Source of the DNA: Squalus acanthias
Taxonomy: Eukaryota
DNA: 64,000 nt
Reading direction: 5' to 3'
Assembly: GCA_030390025.1 (NCBI GenBank)
Contig: CM059431.1
Location: 121,026,001-121,090,000, forward strand
The stretch's first letter is position 1. Each line of letters begins with the position of its first letter. The translations under genes were made by a program, and so were the position numbers. The notes beneath the pieces were generated by a model. That model made no database searches. It saw only the letters and a program-made list of their open reading frames with translations, and had not been told where the DNA came from. Shown piece after piece: positions 1-10,289 of the stretch.

Positions 1-426
1 GTGGAACTCACACCCATTGTCCCACCCTCGGCGTGAACCTGACCCATATTCCTAGCTTCGCGATCATTTGACTTGCGGGACGGTCTCCAAGTGGGGACTC
101 CACCACACAGAGGAATCCTATCACTGCTAAGCAGGAAACTCAGCAGTCCTGCAGCTGGAAGTAGTCGACTTTAAAAGGAGCAGTAGTGTCGCAGAGATTT
201 TGCTTGTCAGCAGTGGCGCTAAAGGCTCTCCATGAGCCTTCGGACAATTCCACATCGGTATGGAGGCAGATGAGAGGGAGAAGTGGGTGCGACAGGCTCT
301 CTCCCTCCAGCACGGCCAACAATGGGATTCACGCTGCTACCCTGACAAACACCACCATGCCTTCTCTGCTGGTTCCCCGCCTCCACCCAATCCGTAGCCA
401 TATACATCTGGTGGGCTGTCCAATTG

Positions 427-1772
427 TTTTTTTTTTATTCGTTTATGGGATCTGGGCGTCGCTGGCAAGGCCAGCAGTTATTGCCCATCCCTAGTTGCCC
501 TTGAGAAGGTGGTGGTGAGTAGCCTACTTGAACCGCTGCAGTCCGTGTGGTGATGGTACTCCCACAGTGCTGTTAGGGAGGGAGTTCCAGGATTCTGACC
601 CAGCGACGATGAAGGATTGACGATATACTTCTAAGTCAGGATGGTATGTGACTTGGAGGGGAACTTGGAGGTGGTGGTGATCCCATGCGCCTGCTGTCCT
701 TGTCCTTCTGGGTGGAAGAGGGCGCGGGTTTGGGAGGTGCTGCCGAAGAAGCCTTGGCGAGTTGCCGCAGTGCTTCTTGTCGATGGTACACACTGCAGCC
801 ACGGTACGCCGGTGGTGGAGGGAGTGAATGTTTAAGGTGGTGGATGGGGTGCCAATCAAGCGGGCTGCTTTGTCCTGGATGGTGTTGAGCTTCTTGAGTG
901 TTGTTGGAGCTGCACTCAACCAGGCAAGTGGAGAGTATTCCATCACACTCCTTACTTGTGCCTTGTAGATGGTGGAAAGGCTTTGGGGAGTCAGGAAGTG
1001 AGACACTCGCCGCAGAATACCTAGCCTCTGACCTGCTCTTGTTGCCACAGTATTGATGTGGCTGGTCCAGTTAAGTTTCTGGTCAATGGTGACCCCCAGG
1101 ATGTTGATAGTGGGGGATTCGGCGATGGTAATGCCATTGAATATCAAGGGGAGGTGGTTAGACTCTCGCTTGTTGGAGATAGTCATTGCCTGGCACTTCT
1201 GTGGCGTGAATGTTACCTGCCACTTATCAGCCCAAGCCTAAACGTCGTCCAGGTCTTGTTGCATGCGGGCATGGACTGCTTCATTATCTGTGGAGTTGTG
1301 AATGGCGCTGAATACTGTGCAGTCATCAGCGAACATCCCCATTTCTGACGTTATGTTGGAGGGAATGTCATTGATGAAGCAGCTGAAGATGGTTGGGCCT
1401 AGGACAGTGCCCTGAGGAACTCCTGCAGCGATGTCCTGGGGCTGTGATGATTGACCTTCAACCATCTTCCTTTGTGCTAGGTATGACTCGAGCCAGTGGA
1501 GCGTTTTCCCCCTGATTCCCATGGACTTCAGTTTTACTCGGACTCCTTGATACCAGACTCGGTTAAATGCTGCCTTGATGTCAAGGGTAGTCACTCTCAC
1601 CTCACCTCTGGAATTCAGCTCCTTTGTCCATGTTTGGACCTAGGCTGTAATGAGGTCGGGAGCCAAGTGGTCTTGGCGGAACCCAAACTGGGCATCAGTG
1701 AGCAGGTTATTGGTGAGTAAGTGCCGCTTGATAGCACTGTCGATGACACCTTCCATCACTTTGCAGATGATT
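427..1772 (-). mobile_element. 5'-truncated non-LTR retrotransposon (CR1 group, clade not assigned; 'LINE family A'), decayed RT C-terminus and poly(A) 3' end
   Basis: ORFs 1238-1600 and 524-1186 give the RT motifs GVPQGTVLGP and FADD and the thumb region LGVTIDQKLNW..H and YKAQVRSVMEY. The T-tract at 427-436 is the poly(A) tail. Four more copies occur in the window. Confidence 0.9.
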
Positions 1773-1889
1773 TTCCTGCTAGGGGATCAAGCAGTAGGTC
1801 CTGCCCTCTATTTCCCTTCATTTCCTGCTGCTACACTGCTCATTTTTGTCATCCACTTGTGTTTTTTTAATCTTGCTTGCTTATCACCA

Positions 1890-2381
1890 AACATAGAAAC
1901 ATAGAAACATAGAAAACTTGGAGCAGGAGTAGGCCATTCGGCTCTTCGAGCCTGCTCCGCCATTCAATATGATCATGGCTGATCCTCTATCTCAATACCA
2001 TATTCCTGCTCTCTCCCCATACCCCTTGATGCCTTTTGTGTCTAGAAATCTATCTATCTCCTTCTTAAATATATTCAGTGACTTGGCCTCCACAGCCTTC
2101 TGTGGTAGAGAATTCCACAGGTTCACCACCCTCTGAGTGAAGAAATTTCTCCTCATCTCAGTCCTAAATGACCTACCCCGTATTCTGAGACTGTGACCCC
2201 TTGTTCTAGACCCCCCCAGCCAGGGGAAACATCCTCCCTGCATCCAGTCTGTCTAGCCCTGTCAGAATTTTATACGTTTCAATGAGATCCCCTCCCATTC
2301 TTCTAAACTCTCGTGAATACAGGCCTAGTCGACCCAATATACAGGCCTAGTCGACCCAATATACAGGCCTAGTCGACCCAA
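1890..2381 (-). mobile_element. CR1/HER1-type LINE 3' fragment with (ACATAGAA)n tail
   Basis: ORF 1992-2243 (TRGHSLRI..FRTEMRRNFFTQRVVNLWNSLP) is the CR1 ORF2 C-terminus. The octamer tail starts at 1890. A candidate TSD CCAAACA lies at 1887-1893 and 2378-2384. Confidence 0.92.
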
Positions 2382-3434
2382 ACAAAAGTGATAATGTAAA
2401 TTAAAAGAATTGTAACAGTGTTCAAATTAGCTCCAGTAAAGGACAAAGTGAACTGTCATTGCTTCAAATTATGATCTGTGTCTGAAAATCCCCTATAATC
2501 TCTTACTCCTTCATTCATTCTGTTTCTCTATGTAATCCCACAAAAATGTAGCCTGTGCTCATTTCCTTGTTCAAGCAGTCTCAAACATTCCCGGAAAACA
2601 CCTCGCTACAGCCATTACAGTAATATATTACATAGAAGTAAACCTTATTTATTATAATTAGAAATGGTTCTAACGCACGTGGACAATGATCAGCTTTTTT
2701 TTTGCATTACCTCCAGAGGAAAGTCTTTGAGAGCAAACACTCAGCCTAATATGGAATGTATTTGACAGTGTACAGTCATACATGGGCAGACTGACAGTCA
2801 AAGCAGCTTAGTAAAATCCATTCACTCAAAAAAATTTAACAGTTGCACTGCATTCGGTTTTTAAGTTTTTTGCATCGGGTGAATCAACTTGAGAAAAGGC
2901 TGCTGCAAATTCAGAGAGAGACAGATGGAAATGTTAATATGTGAATGATCGTACAGCGATGTCATGAAGGACTGAAATTGAACATGTTGTTCCAAAGCTA
3001 TCAATGAAAGATGCTTTACTTTATTGTTTTTAATTTAAAAAGAGGTAAAATCAGAACATTAGAATTAATTGGGTGAGCATAGAAATTCCAAATATGTTGT
3101 TCTACACATTTTCCTAAATTGTCACTGTGCTGAAACCAAGGCTGGAATTTTCCCTTCTGAGTCGGGTCGGGTGAGTGTGGGCCGCGTGGCGGGTTGGAAA
3201 GGTGTTATTCTGATCATCCTGCACCTCAGAGCAACTTTCAGTTAATGACGCCTATTAAGGCAGGCCTGCGCATTTCCCAGCCCGATTAAATGGTGCAGGT
3301 CTGATGATGTCATCGATGACTCATTTCCTGCAGGGATATTTAAAGCAGCCTTGGCCACATCGCATTTAAAGATTTGTCTTGGAGTGTGGAGGGAGGATAT
3401 TGAGGATATCTGCTTATTGCTCAGACTTGAAAAT

Positions 3435-6400
3435 ATAGCTTCACAAAGACAGAGGGCTGCACCCGGGTTTTCAGCTGACTCCCTCCATATTCTTGTGGAG
3501 GGAGTCAGCGCATGCAGGGAGGTCCTCTTCCCTGCTGATGGGCGGAAGAGACGTCCCCAAGAGACAAAAAGAGCCTGGCTCCAAATTGCTGAGGAGGTGA
3601 ACAGCAGGGATGTGGTGAGGAGGACATGGGTGCAGTGCTGGAAGCGCTTCAGTGATCTCATGAGATCAGGAAAGGTGAGTACAAAGCCACGCTCACCTTC
3701 ATCCTGCTGTGCCTGTCACCACATCCCCATCACTTTGCCTGCCCAAGCCTACTCCTGCACATCATTATTCATACCAGCATACCTTGCATGTCAACCCATC
3801 CCTCCCTCTCTATGTACATACTCACATCCCCATCTGACTAACCATCACTCACACTCACCCTCATCATAATGCAATCATACCAAGTAACAGCACACAAGGT
3901 AATTTGGCATTGGCACTTTGGCATTGGCACCACATTCCCTCATAGTCACCCTCTACAGATGTAATCCACACATTCCTTACACTCATGCCATCACTCTCAC
4001 TCAAACTTCTCTCCTATCCGTCCTTGCAGGAGAAACGAGCACACAACAACAGGGAGAGGGAGAGAACCGGAGGTGCCCCTCCATCTTTCGCCACTTTGAT
4101 TGCAGCAGAGGAGGTCGTCCTAGAGGTTTCAAGAGTTGCAAAGCTGCTGGTGGTGGGAGACGGAGAGAGGGGGACCTCTCAGCAACCTGGTGACAGAATT
4201 AAATCTCATAGCAGCCACATGGCATACAGCAGTCACTCATATGGGGATTGATGTCAGCAGCCAGTGAATGTTCATCATGGGCATAATAGTATCGTTATCC
4301 ATTCTTAATATAACATTTCTAAATCATCTCTTTACTCACCCACACGTCCATCAAGTGCCCCCCATCCCCCCCACTGTCCAGCTGGAGGAGAAAGATGAAA
4401 CCTCAGAGGAGCCTCCAGCATCTAAGGGTGTACCGTCAGTAGACCTAAGCGCACCCAGCACCAGCCATCACCTGGGCCGGAATTTTATGGGAGGTCAGGG
4501 AGTGCGTTTGGTGGTGGGTCGGCTGGGAAAAATTTTTTTTTTGACAGCAGGTAGGAAACCTGCTGTCAGCCCGCCTCCACGCTAGTCTCCCAGATGTCGG
4601 GTCTGTCATCGCAGAACAGACCCGACACCAAACAGCGGGGGAGGCAAGTTACATCATTAGATACATTGTTAAGAGGCAATTAACTAGTATTTTATACTTA
4701 CCGTTAGATTTTTAGAGTTCGCCAATGGCTTCCCCGCTGCTCGGGGATCACGTCAGGTAAGGAGGTCGGGTGTTGCGTCAGCCTGGGATGATTTCTTAAC
4801 TTGACAGCTGCAAATGGTCTATAAAAGCTCCCATTTCATAGCTGTTCACTTTCCAAGGTTAAAAGCTGTTGCTTCCTGCATTTGCAAGACAGATTGAGTT
4901 TATGCAGCTTGCAAGTGTTTGGAGCAAACTCTCTATCCAGTGTCACCTCATTGGAACAACTTCTCTCACCATTGACAGATCGCTTCTGTCATCTCAACCT
5001 CACCTTCCATCTATTCCATCAGCATCGGTGCCCTTGAAAAAATCTCACCTTGGTCCTCAGAATCCCACCATGATCAGCCCCAGCACCCGTAGCACCAGGC
5101 ACACCAGCAGCACCAACAACACCAACCTTCTCTGCAATCAGCTGGTGCTGCGCAGGACACAGGGCATCAGCACCCGAGCACATTGCAGCCCGGGAGGTGA
5201 GGTATGGCCTCACCTATGGCCAGATTTACTTCACTTGCTGCTGTTAGCCCTGGCTGCCACATGATGCGCCAGGTTGGCACCACCCCACAACAACACCATA
5301 AAGCATCCCTACAATGCCCAAGCCATTCCTTTCACACTCATCACCATTGCGGGGGGTACCGTTATGTCTCGCCATTCACAGCAACTCACTAAGCCACTCC
5401 AAAGGTGCACACAAATCTGTCCAAGAACACAAAGTGTTGAAAATAAAGATTTCAATGGTTGACATTACATTAACAGAAACTTCACATGAACATTGGTTAA
5501 AACACCCAAGTGCCCACCCTTGTGTGCTGTTAGTTGGTATGATTGGACTAGGATGAGGGTGAGTGTGAGGGGTGGCTAGTGAGATGGGGTTTTGCAGTAA
5601 TGTTTCATGATCTACTGAGGTCATTGAAAGGTTTGCGCCACTGCAGCCTGGTCTTCCTGACGACATCCCTGCTTATGCCCTCCTGTGCAGTGTGCAACCA
5701 GGCTGCGTTGATCACCTGGGGAGTTCTCTTCCGCCCATGGGAAGGGAAGAGAACCTCCCTGCCTGCTGTGACTCCCTCCATAAGCATATGGAGGGTGTCA
5801 TAGGAGAGCCTGGGTGCAGCCGTGCACCTCTGTGCAGAGCTTGTCATTGTTTGCAGCACCTCAATGCTGGAGAACACTGACAGCACAAATGTCAAAATAA
5901 ATTTACCCATGGTCCCTTTAAGGAAACCGGTTGATGACGTGACATCAAGTGACATCATCAGACCTGCTTCCTTCAATTGGCCGGCAAACGAGCTGGGCGA
6001 GCTTAACAAGCCCAATCAGTGTAAAATTATTTTCATAGAGCGAGATGGAGCCAGCAGTGGGGGTGAACCCTGCCATCGACCCCGGCCACCCCGGACCCGC
6101 CTCGGAATGTGAAATCGCGGCCCTGGTGTCTCACAAGTCACAGGTGTGCAAGAGGAGATGGTGGAGACAGCTACAGCAGTGGAGATTCCTCGCTGGAGGG
6201 CGCCGGACACTCCTAGAGATGCTCAGCTGCATGTAGACGCTGAGCCTCAGGGGCCACCGAGAAAGAGGGTGATCCTGGAGGGGCAGCAAGCAATGCTAGT
6301 GGCTCTGACAGGTTTTGCGACCGCAATGGCTGCAAATGTGCCGAGAATGGAGGAGTCCATCTATACATGAGCATCATGTCGCAGGCGACGGCGACGATGT

Positions 6401-6936
6401 GCTCTTCCATGGAAAGGATGGCCACCTGCATGGAGCAGCTAATGCACAACTCGCATGAGCAGATGCTATCTATGGACAACAGATGGCAGAGGCTCATGGA
6501 CCTCCTCTCTAGGAGGGATGTAAATATTGACTTGGGTCCTCATGGCCTTACTGCTGTGCAGCAAGGTGCTCTCCAGCTCCTTGCTAGCAGGGAAGTGCAA
6601 GTTGCCCATGAGAGGGATGATGGTGAGAGGGGACATGGAAGTGGGGACTCCTCTCTAAGTGCTCACACCTTTTTCCCCGTTGCCTGCCCCTACCCCACTA
6701 CCCCATCAGAGCCCCAGGTGCCTCCACGGATTGTGATGGCCGAGTCTGCCCCTGCACAGTCGCAGGAGCAGCAGACTTTGGCGGGGCTATCAAAGGCTCC
6801 AAAACCTAGAGGAAGTCCGCCAAAAATGTCTAAGCAGTCACAGCAGGGATGTGAGCAGCCTGCAACTACCTCTGCTGAAGCCACAAGGGTTGCATCTCGT
6901 AGAAGCACGTGTAAACGAAAAATGACACAGAAGTAG
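3435..6936 (+). pseudogene. Harbinger Myb/SANT-like DNA-binding protein gene (3 exons: 3435-3674, 4030-4189, ~4348-6936), disrupted
   Basis: Exon 1 encodes AAPGFSADSL..LVEGV..REVLFP..AWLQIAEEVN..RTWVQCWKRFSDL. Splice sites are AAG/GTGAGT, TTGCAG/GAG and CTG/GTGACAG. The presumed start reads ATA. Exon 3 is split by the nested element and frameshifted. Confidence 0.82.
4475..6122. mobile_element. Non-autonomous Harbinger deletion derivative (1648 bp) nested in the H1 Myb gene
   Basis: TIRs GGCCGGAATTT / AAATCGCGGCC, with a CTG TSD at 4472-4474 and 6123-6125. It retains transposase 5' and 3' stubs (+) and Myb exon 1 (-, within ORF 5605-6015). Confidence 0.88.
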
Positions 6937-7218
6937 ATGCACAAGGTTAAGCACATGGGTATTTAAAGAAGTGCTATTGTTAAGGTTCCGTTACTGTTTT
7001 GACAAATATAAAGCTATTCATTTTCATCACTTTACGGTCATGCCCATTTTTGGCTTAGTGAGTTGGAGAGAATGGTGAGACATAACATTACCTCCAGTAA
7101 TGGGTGTCAGTGTGAAAGGAATAGCTTGGTCATTGTAGGGATGCATTATGGTTTTTTTGTGCAGGGGCTGGGGTACCTACCACAGTATATGGCAGCCGTA
7201 TGGGTGTAATGCAGGAAG

Positions 7219-9310
7219 TTAAGTAAATCTGGCCAAGATGAGGCCATCCCTAGCATCTGGACCTCAGGTTCCTCCTGCTCCTCCTCCTCTTCTTCCAGCT
7301 GATGCTCCTCCTCCTCTGAAGAGGCTGTGCACTCTGCGCCTTGCCCCTCATGCAGCGCTAATCCTCGTTGCAGTGCTATGCTGTGCAGCACGCAGTAGAC
7401 GACAATGATTCTGGAGACCCTGGTTCCTGCATACTGAAGGGCTCCTCCATATCTGTCAAGGCATTTGAAGTGCATCTTCAGCATGCCTATTGTTTGCTCT
7501 ATGACACATCTGGTGGACATCTGGCTTTCATTATAGTGCTCCTCAGCCTCAGTACTAGGCCTCCTCAAGGGTCTCATGAGCCACATCTCCAAGCAGCCAG
7601 ACGATAAGTGTGTTTGGCGGTGCGAAGAGCTGAGGGAGGGCAGACTGTCACAGCATGAAAGAGTCATGACAGGGAATTTGGCACATACATGCATGATGAT
7701 TTTCCTATAGTTGCAGACGAGCTGCACATTGAGGGAGTGGAAGCCCTTGTGGTTCACAAACACTCCTGGGTGATGATGGGGTGCCCTGATGGTCACATAT
7801 GTGCAGTCAATGATGCCCTGCACCTGTTGAAAGCCAGCCAGAGCGACAAAGGTGAGCGCACGCTCAGTAACACTAGCTTCATCAGTGGCAAAGTTGACAT
7901 TATTGGCTGACTTGTTAAAGATGGCATCGGTGACGTGTGTGATGCATCTGGGGCGGCCGACTGTGAGATGCTGCAAATGTCTGCTACAGATCCCTGGAAG
8001 GAGCCTGAGGCGAAGAAGTTGGGGGCGCTGGTGACTTTGACAGTCACTGGTAAGGCAAGTCCACCCGTTCCTCTGGGCAGCAGGTCTTGCTCCAGCAAAC
8101 TGCAAATGTCTTGTGACGACCTGGCACTATAACCTGAACATCCTTTGGCACTGAGCTCAGTCATGTAGAATAGAATCATAGAATCGTTACAGCACAGTAG
8201 GAGGCCATTCAGCCCATCAAGCCCATGCCGGCTCTCTGCAAGAGCAATTCAGCTAGTCCCACTACCCCGCCCTTTCCCCGTAGTCCAGCATTTTTTTTTC
8301 TTTCAGGTACTTACCTAATTCCCTTTTGAAAGCCAAAATTGAATCTGCCTCCACCACCCTTTCAGGCAGTGCATTCCAGATCCTAACCACTCGCTGCATA
8401 AAAAATTATTTCCTCACGTGCTGAATACCGGTTGGAGAGCGAGATGCATTCAGGGGGCTCCTACTCTACCTGCCTAGTCCTCCTTGTCTGTCTGATGGTC
8501 AACCATTCCCTCTCTACCTGCACACTCCTATGCTGTGCAGTGACCACCCCCTGAAACGTGCTAACCTCGTAGCTCTCATCCTCACGGATGCATCGCAGTG
8601 ATGCCAGCTGTTGCTCAATCTCCAAAACCCGGAGCTCAAGCTCCTCCAACTGACAACACTTCCTGCACATGTGTTTGTCCAGAACACAGGAAGCATCCTG
8701 GATTTCCCACATGGCACAAGATGTGCATTCCACAGGACTGAGGTGCCCTGCCATGAACCTATTTAATATATTATTAACTAACTTAGCAGAAATAAACTTA
8801 AAACTTAAAAAAAAACACTCACCAGCTATTCATCAATCAGCTCCTTCCCTTGTGCTGACATCACTTTAGGTTTTTTACTCTGACCTCACTCTTTCAAATT
8901 CTGCCTGTGTTGACTTGCTCCCAGCTCTGCTCGCGTTCAGCTCTCGCTCCTTGTGGCCTTGGGCCTGCTCCGCCACGCTCTTTATCCTGCTCCGCTCTCA
9001 TTCCGCTCTCACCGCTTTTGGTCTTGGGCCTGCTCTGCCATGCTCTTAATCCCCACTCCACTCTTGTTCAGCTCTCGCCGCCTCTGTTAAGGAAGCACAT
9101 CCTCTGCCTGTATACCCTGTGTTGGGGGTATCGCCTCCGGCGCGCTGCAGCCTTGCGCTGATGCCCTCTGTCCTGTGGAGCATCAGGTCATTGAGGAGAA
9201 AGCAGCTGCTGTTGTTACTGCTGCTGCTGGTGTGCCTGCTGCTGCTGGTGTTGGGGCTCATCCTGGTCCGATTCTGAGGACCAAGGTGAGACAGTATAAA
9301 CGGCATCCAT
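7219..9310 (-). pseudogene. HARBI1-like DDE transposase of H1, broken by stops, frameshifts and a CR1 insertion
   Basis: ATG at 9310 (MDAVYTVSPWSS..polyQ..RRRYPQHRVYRQR). Motifs include [42 protein letters not shown] and [18 protein letters not shown]. It ends ..LARFT* at 7219. Confidence 0.9.
8167..9084 (-). mobile_element. Bipartite CR1 element: 5' UTR and ORF1 N-terminus joined to the 3' tail
   Basis: ORF 8461-8754 has CxxC..CxxC followed by a leucine zipper (CR1 ORF1 zf/lz type). The CR1 3' end with TAGAATCA repeats spans 8167-8418. TGT is duplicated at both junctions in the transposase. Confidence 0.8.
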
Positions 9311-10289
9311 GCTGATATAATAGATGGCAGGTCAAGTAGAGATCAGAGAAGCAGTCTGTCAGTGTTGTGATTGTTAGTAGTAATGTGGTGAGAGTGGTTT
9401 CCGAGGTTGCAGAAAAGACTTGCAAACTCTAGACACCTAAATCTGTGCTCAAAATGCACTCAGCAAGAGCCTTTCCCATAGGCAGGTAAGCAGGTGTCAT
9501 GTGGGAGTATTTATTGAGATTTCAATGATCTGCATTAATGACCTCGATCAAAGGCCACTGAGCTTTCACCTCTGGTTGCCAGATGTGGTTCCGAGCTGCC
9601 TGACTCCTGTGGTCATCCAGGGAAATTCTAAAGTTCTGGTTAAAAACACTGTTATGAGTCTGGGAACAAGCTTTTAATGAGCTAAATTAGGTTGCCCGCC
9701 TCTGCCTTTCGGGTTCGTGCCACGCTGGCAAACGCGCCTGAGTTAAAGGTGCAAAGAGGTGGGAAGACGGCGGGTTCCTGACGTGCTCCATTTTACTACT
9801 GACACGCCTCCAAACCCGCACGCACGGCAGTGGGAAAATTCCGGCCTGAGACTCATTGGCACATCCTCCCACTTTAACTCATTCTTTCCTGTAACCTGAA
9901 AACTGTTAAATTTGTTACTTTCCATTCTCTTACAATCCTCAGGCTTGTAAAATTCTGGTTTAGCATCATCTGATCACTACTTCCTGACGTACCTCATCTT
10001 CTCTCCTACCTCGTTCAATCTTGGTGGTGACCTCCTTGGGGCCAGGGGTAAGGTAACACATGTCTCTTCTGGTCAATGTAGTCTCAAGATGACATGCAGG
10101 ACAATGAAAGATTGAAGCCAAGTTGACTCTGTGGCAGACTTGGTAATCTGACACCTGAGCCAGGTAAATCTGCAGTACTGTTGATGATTGACCATGTAGC
10201 CTGTTTCATAAATGGGTCCTGAATGTGTAGTCCTGTCACAGGGTACTAGAATTCTTCCCATAACAGTTCCAGATAATCCTACAAGTCAA

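Larger units (their letters stand above)
3140..9846. mobile_element. Decayed two-gene PIF/Harbinger DNA transposon H1
   Basis: TIRs GGCTGGAATTTTCCC (3140) and GGGAAAATTCCGGCC (ends 9846) match 14/15. It contains a Myb/SANT gene (+) and a HARBI1-like transposase (-), convergent. The flanks CAA/TGA do not form a clean TSD. Confidence 0.85.

Noticed and set aside
1..425. CpG-rich segment faintly resembling a Harbinger Myb 5' region
   Set aside because: It is truncated by the window edge and the similarity is too weak to call.
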